A stretch of DNA of 64,000 nucleotides from a virus. Position 1 is the stretch's first letter, and the number at the start of each line of letters is the position of its first letter. Below the pieces are notes generated by a model. It did not search any database. It saw only the letters and a program-made list of their open reading frames with translations, and was not told where the DNA came from. Positions 45,438 to 53,780 of this stretch are shown piece by piece. Made by a program: the position numbers and the translations under genes. The stretch spans positions 11,659-75,658 of the IMG/VR virus record IMGVR_UViG_3300003323_000950, one strand, 5' to 3'.

Positions 45438-45924
45438 AAGTAAGCCGCCAGTGTTACCCGGCGGCTTTGACGGTTTTTATGGATCTTACCGACAAACCGA
45501 TTTGTTTCAAAGAAACGACCTGCGTACACTCTCACTTTCAATTTCACCCTCTTTCTATCGAAAGGCTAATTTCCTGGGCAATACTACTACAGATCGTCTT
45601 GTCCGTTTCACAGACTTTGTCCGCATGCGCTTTGGACCAGCGTTGCATGTTTACATGCTCGTCCCGGTTAGCCGGGCGACTCCCAATTTAAAGATTAGGC
45701 TCTCTTGTCTTCGGCCAGCGGAGGGCTTCAACCTCCTGTCAACATTACACGTCTGTTTATCGACCGCCGTTTATTACAGACCTTTAACACGGCCGAATGC
45801 AAACGCCAGCATGTAACCGATGACAAACTTTCAACACGTTGCCGGCCTAGTGCCTGCGGGGCTGGGTTCATCACGCCCAGGCCCCTATGTGCCTTTTCAT
45901 TTTACCAAAACCCAAAGGACACAT
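45438..45924 (-). ncRNA. Large structured ncRNA of about 480 nt with 5' anti-leader hairpins and an embedded tRNA-like domain
   Basis: No minus-strand ORF in the track; own promoter; nested long-range helices with G-U pairs on the minus strand; terminal GC hairpin 45442-45467. Confidence 0.75.
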
Positions 45925-45925
45925 T

Positions 45926-45955
45926 CAAATTTATAGCCTTCTGCTAGTTATCAAA
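45926..45955 (-). promoter_or_regulatory. Bacteroidota sigma-A promoter for the ncRNA
   Basis: TTTG (45955-52), 18-nt spacer, TAAATTTG (45933-26). Confidence 0.75.
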
Positions 45956-46011
45956 AGAAGCCGATGGCATTAATTTTTATACTATATCAACTGTAAGGGT
46001 TACAAAGGGAC

Positions 46012-46044
46012 AAAGCTCGGCGGGCATATACGTCGGGCTTTTTT
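46012..46044 (+). terminator. Plus-strand terminator with no obvious upstream gene
   Basis: GCTCGGCG/CGTCGGGC stem with two G-U pairs on the plus strand, then T6. Confidence 0.65.
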
Positions 46045-46051
46045 ATTGCCC

Positions 46052-46294
46052 CTACAGTATTTGTATGCGTGACGGCTCTATGCGCCTGTGTTCATAGGCA
46101 CCGCTTTCGTTCTTTTCGAACGGCTCGATGATGGCATAGGTCCTGGAGAAAATCAACCCTACAGGCTGATCTGGCGGCTCAAGATCGCTCACGTATCCGA
46201 TCAGATAGGCTTTTTTAAGCTTGCCATCCTTTATATCCAGGAACAACACGCGCACGTGGGTAATTCTGCGGAGGAATCGAAACAGTCTATTCAT
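46052..46294 (-). CDS. Hypothetical protein
   Basis: Likely start MNRLFRFL, overlapping the upstream stop. Confidence 0.55.
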   Translation of the reverse strand: MNRLFRFLRRITHVRVLFLDIKDGKLKKAYLIGYVSDLEPPDQPVGLIFSRTYAIIEPFEKNESGAYEHRRIEPSRIQIL

Positions 46295-46751
46295 GTTCAA
46301 TAAATGAAGTTCTCTTGTTGTTGACCAATTCCATATTGAGATCCGCGAACGCTTCGAGCTCGTTCTCACCCACGCCGAACGTACCAATGTGCGGACTGTC
46401 AGGCATCCACTCGCCAGCCATGCATGCGACAAAGTCACCTTTGTAAGCGTACACCATGACACCGCGCTTAATGCAATACTCCTGTATTATTTTACCGAAA
46501 TGCTTATCCATTTCCTCAAACAGGGTATTTAATTTCTCCCACTCTGGCGTGCCCCATACATCTCTGTAGAAGCCAGGTATCGCCATCACATAAAGGAGAA
46601 AATCCATCAACGAAAGGTGATTTGTGATGTGGAACAGAGTCTCAACTCCCTTCCACGTTTTGTACTGGTTTACGCCGATAGCCTGCACTAAATTTTCAGG
46701 CACGCACACCGGGGCATTGTCCTTGCCCAGGAAAATATAAAATGGTTTCAT
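46287..46751 (-). CDS. Hypothetical protein
   Basis: 154-aa ORF; C-terminal FGVGENELEAFADL is HicB-N-like at best. Confidence 0.65.
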   Translation of the reverse strand: MKPFYIFLGKDNAPVCVPENLVQAIGVNQYKTWKGVETLFHITNHLSLMDFLLYVMAIPGFYRDVWGTPEWEKLNTLFEEMDKHFGKIIQEYCIKRGVMVYAYKGDFVACMAGEWMPDSPHIGTFGVGENELEAFADLNMELVNNKRTSFIEHE

Positions 46752-46759
46752 AGTTCGGG

Positions 46760-47026
46760 TTACTTTATGGTGATGTCTTCGTATTTGAAAGATACCTTGG
46801 GTGAGTTCGTGCCCTGGTTAAAACCTATCTCGCGGATTACGGCATCACGCACGGATTCTTTCACAGAATCGGCTGACATCTCGTAGGTAGACCAGGCCAG
46901 CGCCTCGCAGTTATCAACAATCGTTTCACGATCACCATTCCTGGTATCATAGGATATTACCATGGTGAATCCGTTTCCTTTTTCGTCGTCGAAATTTTCG
47001 ATTATCTGCTTTCTTAAGGTTGCCAT
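46760..47026 (-). CDS. Hypothetical protein, first gene after an operator-promoter
   Basis: 88-aa ORF with the conserved ATCAATCA leader. Confidence 0.7.
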   Translation of the reverse strand: MATLRKQIIENFDDEKGNGFTMVISYDTRNGDRETIVDNCEALAWSTYEMSADSVKESVRDAVIREIGFNQGTNSPKVSFKYEDITIK

Positions 47027-47054
47027 TTGCTTTTTGTTTGACTGATTGATAGAT

Positions 47055-47086
47055 CAAATGTAACACGAAGTTACATGCAAAGCAAA
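47055..47086 (-). promoter_or_regulatory. Promoter TACATTTG overlapped by a perfect operator palindrome
   Basis: ATGTAAC-ACGAA-GTTACAT (47058-76); TTTG upstream. Confidence 0.85.
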
Positions 47087-47112
47087 TGTTTTATCTTTTT
47101 TATATGAAAATT

Positions 47113-48969
47113 CTACCAGTTGGCCAGTAACCAGTTCAGTCCACCCACGCCGGAAACGCCGTTCAGCATGCCGTCTACATCGAAATCAGAATAGCGCGAA
47201 ATCCATGCAGATTCAAAATCTGCCGCCATACGGGTAGCCATGCTACCGTTATTATTAAGGGCTCCTATGGAGATGAATTGACTCGGGAGGCCGGTAGATG
47301 CTACATTTGCACTGTGTAACACAGAGTTGTTTTTCAATAATGCCTTTGTGCCGACGTTTCTCGCTATGCCATACCAATTGCCAGATACAAAGGCAGCCTC
47401 TCCATTATAAACGGTAGCCGTATTGTCATTAACACGATATAACAACCCTGTCGTGCCTGAACTCTGCGCCAGGAAGAAAGCGTTCACGGTATCCGTACAA
47501 CCGAACATATACGCCGCAGTTCCTGAGGCAGTGGTACGAGTCTTCAGTTTTACCATCATCATCACATTATCTTGTGTGACCCTGGAAGTATTTATGTTGC
47601 CTCTGAAATTAAGCGCGTAGCTGGAAGTGCTGCCGTTTGTTGATATATGGCTGTTGGCGGTGAATGTTCCTGAGCTGCTGCTCAAATATGTCAGCATGGA
47701 CCAATCCAAGAAAACGTTGTTACCATTGCTTGTTTTAAATACACCCAGATATTCAAGCTTAAACCAGTTCCCGAGTGAAATCTGTGTTGACACAAAAGTT
47801 TCGATCAGGTTTTTGCGGGCAGTGGTGATATCATCGAAGTGGTTAGCGATGATCATACGGGCCCATTTACTGTAGCTCGCATTCGCCATCCATCGGGCGC
47901 GCATGTTCCCAATATCGTTGTTACCTGTCTGATTTCTGTGCAGACCGTCAGCACCGTATCCGCCAGATCCGATCAGTGCCGCATTTAAACCAACGATGTG
48001 CAGATAATCTCTGGCTACCGTTTCATCTATCAGAGCCTTCCTAAACGCGTAAATTCTGTCATTAAGAACGCTTGTTTCATATCTGCCCTCTTGTGACCAC
48101 AGCACTGGAGTGTTCGGGTAGTCCGTGTGCAATCGGTTCATGTATTCCTGAGTCTTGGCTACAATAGTAGGCATATCTAAAACCGGCGAGACCGTAGTTC
48201 CATCTCTTCTGATGTCGTTTATGCCTAAACTTTCATGGATAGCTATCGGTTCATCTACCGAAGCTGCAGCCAACGCCGCTGTCGTTCTCGTTTTGGCGTC
48301 ACTGTACAGATTACCACCGCTAATATCCCATGTATTCGTCGTGGGCACAGACTCAGCCCTGAATACAATCGTTGATCCTGCTGATGCGGCAGGCACAATA
48401 ATCGCCTTAAGTGTTGTGAGCTCGTTGAATTTAATACCAAACTGCGGATGTGGCGTGCCCTGACTGGCCGGGCAATTCCAGGTATCAGCGTTTGTTATCT
48501 GAACAATCGCCGAGTCGTTCCATTGGTATACTGTTCCCGCTGTCGGAGTAGGGCCAGGGCCTGTGGAGTTGTTGGAGCCTCTTTCCCGACTATCACCGTG
48601 GATAACCACCACAGCTTGGCCAGTAGCGGATATTTGCGAAGAATACACCGGGCCCACCCCGGCCGAGGTAGCGTTCGCGCTCCCTCCTGAATTGGTGGCT
48701 GTGACATAAAATGTCAGCGTTTTTAACACATCAGCGTCCTGCGGGGTGTAGGTGATAGATGTTGCCCCTGATATTGGTGATCCGTCGCGCATCCATTGAT
48801 AGGTCAGGAGCGGTCCATTTGTCCACGTGCCGCCGTTCCCGGTTAAAACCTGCCCCTTTTTTGGAGTGCCTGAAATACTGGGCGCTACTGTATTTGCGGG
48901 CGGTTGAACTGATGGGCCAGTCTGTGAACCCGTACCGCTGATAACAGAGCTGATTATGTTTAACATCAT
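47113..48969 (-). CDS. Ig-like repeat + SGNH (carbohydrate acetylesterase-like) + ConA/LamG-like protein
   Basis: ANTVAPSISGTP..GQVL...TYQW.RDG..ISGAT; HGDS, LGIND, DGLH. Confidence 0.8.
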   Translation of the reverse strand: MMLNIISSVISGTGSQTGPSVQPPANTVAPSISGTPKKGQVLTGNGGTWTNGPLLTYQWMRDGSPISGATSITYTPQDADVLKTLTFYVTATNSGGSANATSAGVGPVYSSQISATGQAVVVIHGDSRERGSNNSTGPGPTPTAGTVYQWNDSAIVQITNADTWNCPASQGTPHPQFGIKFNELTTLKAIIVPAASAGSTIVFRAESVPTTNTWDISGGNLYSDAKTRTTAALAAASVDEPIAIHESLGINDIRRDGTTVSPVLDMPTIVAKTQEYMNRLHTDYPNTPVLWSQEGRYETSVLNDRIYAFRKALIDETVARDYLHIVGLNAALIGSGGYGADGLHRNQTGNNDIGNMRARWMANASYSKWARMIIANHFDDITTARKNLIETFVSTQISLGNWFKLEYLGVFKTSNGNNVFLDWSMLTYLSSSSGTFTANSHISTNGSTSSYALNFRGNINTSRVTQDNVMMMVKLKTRTTASGTAAYMFGCTDTVNAFFLAQSSGTTGLLYRVNDNTATVYNGEAAFVSGNWYGIARNVGTKALLKNNSVLHSANVASTGLPSQFISIGALNNNGSMATRMAADFESAWISRYSDFDVDGMLNGVSGVGGLNWLLANW

Positions 48970-48981
48970 AAATTTTAATTA

Positions 48982-50400
48982 TTAAAACGAAGATTGAAGC
49001 AATGTTTTACATGCGGCGTGGCCGGATGCATTGAGGTGTATTCCGTCACCGATGTTGTAAGTAGAATTCAACGTGAAGTTTCCAGCATCTTTTGTGAGTG
49101 TGTAGAAGTCGATATCACCGGTTATTCCGGACACGTCTACATTGGAGGCTACGGGGCGGCCGGTTACGACGGTTATGTCGGCAGCCTGCAGTGTTGATTT
49201 TATGGCGGCTATATTTGAATTAACCGTCGCCGCAGATGCGCCAGCGTCGATATCATTGCGGCCGATATTCATGTAAACCCGGCGTGGCTTCAAATACAGA
49301 ATTTCATTAATGTTGGCTGTCACCTCATCGGTTCGGTCGGAGATGCCCGCAGATATCTCATAAGTGTATGAATCTGCAACGAATGCCGCCTCTGTGTAAC
49401 GATTGGCAGATACACCTGGATATATACCGTACATATTTGAATCTCCTTTCCCTAAAGCCTCAGCAAAGCGCTGAACGGTACTCGACACTTCCCAGCTGTC
49501 AATGACAGTAGTTCCACCAAAATTGTAAATCGCAAAGTTTCCGGTGTTATGCGCCTGGGCAACGTTCGCAGTAGTGATGTTTATAGAGAATGTCGTTGTG
49601 TAAAGCTGAGTGTTTGACGTGTTCAGTATCCTGAAAGTAAACTGGTGCACGTTCCTGGTAATCTCTAAAATATAGGTTGTGCTGGCGACTGGCGTGAAGG
49701 AAGTGCCCGCTACCATCTGGCCGGTTATCGTGTCTTTGGTGTAGAGATATACAGCCCCGGAGGCGTTGTCCCATGCCCATCGCACAATGCTGCTGAACGG
49801 ATCGAAAGAATTGATACTTCTGATTCCGATACCAATACCGTATACCGTGCTGCCCAGTGTAGCAGGCGTCGTGCATTGAACGCGCTGAGTCCATTTCTCC
49901 AGGCAGGTTACTTTATGCGGGCTCGTTGACTTGGTATAGGTCAGCGCGCTTGAAAATAGTGTCGGGTTGCCCGTCATGGTAACTGATCCGGAGCCGATGG
50001 TAATGCCAGTGCCTACTACGGTGTAATCAGCCAAAGTGCCGTTAAAGTCTTCGCTGAATATGGTACCGAGTTGAACAGGTACTGGCCACTGCACGGCTGC
50101 GGTGGCGGTAGAATACGCCGTAGTCGATCCAAAGGCATTTGTTGCGGTTACGCCTACGCGTATTACGCTTCCATAGTCAGAAAACAGTATTAGGTAGGTA
50201 GAAGCCGTAGCCCCGGAGATATTAACGCCGTTTTTCTGCCACTGGTATGTGTATGATGTAGGGGAATTTGCCCAGGTGCCATTCGATGCGGAAAGCGTCT
50301 GATCGGCGCGCGCGGTTCCTGAAATAGCAGGTAGAACAGTATTTGCCGGTGCGATTCCTGTAGAATTGTTTACTATGGAGGCGACGGCATTTATAATCAT
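48982..50400 (-). CDS. Ig-like repeat + beta-sandwich + SGNH/GDSL esterase protein
   Basis: Start ATG 50400 (MIINAVAS); GDS, GRND, DGIHLN..GH. Confidence 0.8.
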   Translation of the reverse strand: MIINAVASIVNNSTGIAPANTVLPAISGTARADQTLSASNGTWANSPTSYTYQWQKNGVNISGATASTYLILFSDYGSVIRVGVTATNAFGSTTAYSTATAAVQWPVPVQLGTIFSEDFNGTLADYTVVGTGITIGSGSVTMTGNPTLFSSALTYTKSTSPHKVTCLEKWTQRVQCTTPATLGSTVYGIGIGIRSINSFDPFSSIVRWAWDNASGAVYLYTKDTITGQMVAGTSFTPVASTTYILEITRNVHQFTFRILNTSNTQLYTTTFSINITTANVAQAHNTGNFAIYNFGGTTVIDSWEVSSTVQRFAEALGKGDSNMYGIYPGVSANRYTEAAFVADSYTYEISAGISDRTDEVTANINEILYLKPRRVYMNIGRNDIDAGASAATVNSNIAAIKSTLQAADITVVTGRPVASNVDVSGITGDIDFYTLTKDAGNFTLNSTYNIGDGIHLNASGHAACKTLLQSSF

Positions 50401-50431
50401 GGCATTACTGTTTGTGCCATAAAAATACGAA

Positions 50432-50463
50432 GGGCTATGCATTTCCGCTTTAATGCATAGCCC
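50432..50463. other. Strong intergenic hairpin (terminator or leader structure)
   Basis: GGGCTATGCATT...AATGCATAGCCC, 12-bp perfect stem. Confidence 0.6.
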
Positions 50464-50516
50464 GTTTAAACGTGACGTCATTTTTAATACCGTCACTTCT
50501 CTATATGTGCTTTGTG

Positions 50517-50753
50517 CTAATCGAACGATATTTTGGAGGTACCGGAAATGGCACTGACCTTTTTCAGATGCTCTTCGGACTCGGCTTCCAACTTGGCATT
50601 TGCCTCGTCAGTTTCCTGCTTCAGCTTTTTCATAGCCTTTTCCTGCGCTTGCCTGGCTTCCTCGGCGGCTATGTCGGCCTTTTCCTTTAGATCCTGAAGC
50701 TGCTTCTTTTTCTCTTCGGATAGCTCTTCAAGTGGTTTTTCCTCGTTTTCCAT
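50517..50753 (-). CDS. Small coiled-coil protein
   Basis: E/K-rich 78 aa. Confidence 0.65.
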   Translation of the reverse strand: MENEEKPLEELSEEKKKQLQDLKEKADIAAEEARQAQEKAMKKLKQETDEANAKLEAESEEHLKKVSAISGTSKISFD

Positions 50754-50769
50754 AGGTCAAAAATAGCTT

Positions 50770-51048
50770 TTATTGATAGCATTGCAAAGAGTCGCGGGTG
50801 AGGTTGGCGACTTGTATCGAGCTGTGTGAACCTCTCACGTATATCCACACTCCGAATTTCATGCCATCGTGAAATTCTTCTATGTAATGGATTTCACCGT
50901 CGGCGATTGGAGCGACGTATCCCGATAGTTTCGATTCGATTATGTTTTGTTTCATATCGGATCGTGAATGCGTCAAAAGAACCACGCCATAAGATGTGAG
51001 GCCAATTGCTAATGTAATTATCAATACGAGCCAAAAATCAAATTTCAT
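50770..51048 (-). CDS. Membrane-anchored hypothetical protein
   Basis: Likely start MKFDFWLVL; N-terminal TM. Confidence 0.6.
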   Translation of the reverse strand: MKFDFWLVLIITLAIGLTSYGVVLLTHSRSDMKQNIIESKLSGYVAPIADGEIHYIEEFHDGMKFGVWIYVRGSHSSIQVANLTRDSLQCYQ

Positions 51049-51061
51049 AAATGTATATTTT

Positions 51062-51400
51062 TTAGTTGATGTTCGGGATATCGGCAGGCTTGCCGGAATG
51101 GAGTCCTCTGTTTCTCGCAGTCTCATACTCCATGAAGTTGTCGTAAACCGTAACGGTGTCGATTCTTACAGCTATCTCCACTTTAGTTTTAAGCCACGCC
51201 GATGTCTGATAGGATATGTAAAGGTTATTGCCCATGAACACGAAATACTCAGATCGAACGCATAGGTCTTTAACATTTCGCTTCTTACGAAGCGTTTTTT
51301 TGTCGTGATCAGCTACCTTATGATTAGCGCGGATGATGGACCACAGTTTGCCCATCACTTCATCTTTTGCCCAGTCTTCCTTTTTGAATGTTGCTGCCAT
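51062..51400 (-). CDS. Hypothetical protein
   Basis: 112-aa ORF in operon. Confidence 0.6.
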   Translation of the reverse strand: MAATFKKEDWAKDEVMGKLWSIIRANHKVADHDKKTLRKKRNVKDLCVRSEYFVFMGNNLYISYQTSAWLKTKVEIAVRIDTVTVYDNFMEYETARNRGLHSGKPADIPNIN

Positions 51401-51573
51401 TATATTTTCCTTAAAAGCCTTGTAATAACTACTACCTTTTTTCCGTCGAAATCGACCAGCATGCTACCGTTGCGGCCGCGTATGCATTTGCCGTCAGGTC
51501 TTAGCACGGCACTGCATATCGCATTTTTATAGTGTGACGCTGTAAATCGATCACCAATATATCGATACATCAT
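51400..51573 (-). CDS. Small hypothetical protein (57 aa)
   Basis: Manual translation: MMYRYIGDRFTASHYKNAICSAVLRPDGKCIRGRNGSMLVDFDGKKVVVITRLLRKI; coupled start/stop overlaps. Confidence 0.65.
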   Translation of the reverse strand: MMYRYIGDRFTASHYKNAICSAVLRPDGKCIRGRNGSMLVDFDGKKVVVITRLLRKI

Positions 51574-51719
51574 GCTTTATCTGATTTTCTGTATTTCAAA
51601 GACGGTCCACGCTGCCATGCGACAATATCACTACTGAAGAAGAAATCGTCGTACGTTTTCAGCGGCCGCTTCGGCTTAGGCTGGTGAATGAAGGTGCGCT
51701 TCTGCTGCTGTGAGGTCAT
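51570..51719 (-). CDS. Small hypothetical protein (49 aa)
   Basis: Manual translation: MTSQQQKRTF...; ATGA overlaps at both ends. Confidence 0.5.
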   Translation of the reverse strand: MTSQQQKRTFIHQPKPKRPLKTYDDFFFSSDIVAWQRGPSLKYRKSDKA

Positions 51720-51952
51720 TCTGCCGAAGTTTGAATGTCTCTCTTACCTTCGACCGGCACGTATCCAGATCCACCGCAATTGGGGCAGTGTTCTTCGTTG
51801 CCATGAATGTCGAATATTGATCCAAACCCGTCGCAATCAGGGCATTCTTTGGATAAAGCGGGCACGGCTCTTTTGCCGTGCGCCGCCTTTGGATAGGCTC
51901 CTGCGAAAAATGCTTTTTTATTGATCATCAGCTTGCTGAGTTTAAAAACCAT
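51716..51952 (-). CDS. DnaJ-type zinc-finger protein
   Basis: CPDCDGFG and CPNCGGSG. Confidence 0.7.
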   Translation of the reverse strand: MVFKLSKLMINKKAFFAGAYPKAAHGKRAVPALSKECPDCDGFGSIFDIHGNEEHCPNCGGSGYVPVEGKRDIQTSAE

Positions 51953-52128
51953 TGCTTGCCGAGTTTGAATATGAGACTCCCTTTCTTGTTGCCGTGGTCG
52001 GCAATCAGAATACCAAGGGTTGAACGCTCGATCTTCTTTTCAGATTTCTTGCGCGGCCGCTCCGGGTTTTGCTCGTTGATCGCAGCTACGCGGGCTTCCT
52101 GGTATAGCTGGTGATAGGTCTTTTCCAT
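51928..52128 (-). CDS. Hypothetical protein
   Basis: 66-aa ORF with A/C-rich leader. Confidence 0.55.
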   Translation of the reverse strand: MEKTYHQLYQEARVAAINEQNPERPRKKSEKKIERSTLGILIADHGNKKGSLIFKLGKQWFLNSAS

Positions 52129-52151
52129 TACGAAAGAAGGGTTGGTTTTTT

Positions 52152-52178
52152 AAAACCCAGCCCTACACGAGGGCCGGG
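52152..52178 (-). terminator. Terminator
   Basis: CCCGGCCCT-CGTGT-AGGGCTGGG-TTTT. Confidence 0.65.
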
Positions 52179-52222
52179 AGTTTGTTCAAAATAAATTACT
52201 ACTACAATTGCGCGGCATAGGG

Positions 52223-52582
52223 TCACGCTTCCGTCCCATACCCGGCTTTGTTTAGAGCTTTGATGGCTTGCCCTTCGGCGAAGTCGCAACCGCCGAAATT
52301 TATGTCCACATTTAATTCCAATAGCATTACATCGGCCGGTATCTGCCGTATCAGGTCGCGCATAGCGTTGAGCGTCGAGGCTAACGCTTCTGCCAATTCA
52401 GGCGCGGCAGCGATAAGCGCGGCGTTGGCCTTAGTTTCATTCCGATTGCGCGGGTCTTTACCTCCCATTGAATTCTTGATGAGGGAACTACCGCATTCAG
52501 CCAATATCATTCCGCTAGAATCAGCTACATTAACTTCCGACCCTGAAACGTGCCACGGGCCAGGTGTGTGTTTTGTATCCAT
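52223..52582 (-). CDS. Conserved phage early protein (HTPGPW...ANA.LIAAAPEL family)
   Basis: MDTKHTPGPW and ANAALIAAAPELAEAL motifs. Confidence 0.8.
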   Translation of the reverse strand: MDTKHTPGPWHVSGSEVNVADSSGMILAECGSSLIKNSMGGKDPRNRNETKANAALIAAAPELAEALASTLNAMRDLIRQIPADVMLLELNVDINFGGCDFAEGQAIKALNKAGYGTEA

Positions 52583-52608
52583 ATGTTTTTGATTGATTGA
52601 TGATGAAT

Positions 52609-52630
52609 CAAATGTAACACGAGATTACAT
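52609..52630 (-). promoter_or_regulatory. Promoter TACATTTG overlapped by operator
   Basis: CAAATGTAAC-ACGAG-ATTACAT. Confidence 0.8.
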
Positions 52631-52647
52631 TAAAAGCAAGTGGTTAC

Positions 52648-53412
52648 TCAAAAAAGTGATCCCTGGGTCGGTTTATTTTTGTCAGACTTACGCGGCGGAT
52701 GCCAGCCAGCGGCAATCTTCTTTTCGAGTTCCTTTTTCCAGCCTTTGGGCGGCGGCCATGGAATGCCCCATTGAGCCAATGATTCGGCTGTCCATCCGCC
52801 GAGGTCTGTTCGCTCGGTTTCAATAGCGTCTTCTTCTATTACTGAATTTATGCACTCCTGCCGGCAGGCTGGGCAGCATGAGCATGTCTGACAGCCATTG
52901 TAATTCAATCCATCTTCAAACGTAGCCTGGCGCGCGCAGACGCGGCCAACGTCATCCGGAAGAACATCCCCGCTACAGTAAATGTTTTCGCATTTGATAA
53001 CCTCGGGCAAAGTCTTCTCTAAAGCCAAATCCACAGACTCCTGCGCTTTGAATGGATTATACACCATTTTAAGCCCGTTAAAGCGATCGTACACGTAGCC
53101 GGCCTGTTCTATCTCAGCCGGCGTAAAGCGAGCGTATCCGTCGCTCCTGACGCCTTTACCGGCCAACTTCGGGAAGAGCTCGTCTATGAGTTCGTAAGCT
53201 TGTTTATGGTATTTGGTGCCATCTCTATCGGACGGGTGCGCGAGGTCTCCGATAAGATCATTCTTGTACATGAGCCGGCCCAGGAAGTCGCCAATCTCAT
53301 TCATACGCGTGTACGCGCGCGCGGTGTAGAACACAGGCGGGCCGTAGTTCATCTGTAGCACCACGACATAGTCGCCTTTCTCGCGGCAGAATTGGTTGGG
53401 TAGGTTATTCAT
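52648..53412 (-). CDS. Hypothetical protein with Cys cluster and GGWT...WGIPWPPPKGW domain
   Basis: Likely start MNNLPNQ; CQTCSCCPAC...C. Confidence 0.65.
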   Translation of the reverse strand: MNNLPNQFCREKGDYVVVLQMNYGPPVFYTARAYTRMNEIGDFLGRLMYKNDLIGDLAHPSDRDGTKYHKQAYELIDELFPKLAGKGVRSDGYARFTPAEIEQAGYVYDRFNGLKMVYNPFKAQESVDLALEKTLPEVIKCENIYCSGDVLPDDVGRVCARQATFEDGLNYNGCQTCSCCPACRQECINSVIEEDAIETERTDLGGWTAESLAQWGIPWPPPKGWKKELEKKIAAGWHPPRKSDKNKPTQGSLF

Positions 53413-53780
53413 AAGTATGGCTTCAGATCTGTCAATCCGTTTCGGTATTCTTCGTTCAGCTTGTCCACATCGTCGGTCTTTATCTGGAATAGCTGTCCGG
53501 TCTTTGTATTGATAACCCACATCATTGCTGAGAAAATGGGTTCAGGCGCTACGATTGTTTGAGGCTGTTTCGAACGGCGGATAACCCGCAGTGGTGGAGC
53601 AGTTTGCGCTGGCTTCGGCTCCTGTCGTGCGCTGGTGCATTGCTCTTTGTGAACCTGAATCCACTTTTCAATTCTTGGGTCTCCACCGCCCACGAAATCC
53701 TCGCGACGTTCCCATCCAACGCTGCACTCATAGTTTATGATCCGCTCACCGCAGGCAGAACAGTGAAGATTGGCATACAC
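53409..53780 (-). CDS. Hypothetical protein, possible zinc finger
   Basis: CSAC...H...C. Confidence 0.6.
   Translation of the reverse strand: MYANLHCSACGERIINYECSVGWERREDFVGGGDPRIEKWIQVHKEQCTSARQEPKPAQTAPPLRVIRRSKQPQTIVAPEPIFSAMMWVINTKTGQLFQIKTDDVDKLNEEYRNGLTDLKPYL

Noticed and set aside
45238-45947. Plus-strand ORFs 45238..45816, 45374..45691 and 45705..45947
   Set aside because: Non-ATG starts, no recognisable protein character, and they overlap a real gene and a structured minus-strand RNA.
44807-46044. CRISPR mini-array or canonical tRNA genes
   Set aside because: No identical direct repeats with spacers; both tRNA-like elements lack a proper anticodon arm and CCA end.
52179-52222. AATTTATTTT before the 52152 terminator matching the leader of 6197..6463
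   Set aside because: All-AT 10-mer, expected by chance.
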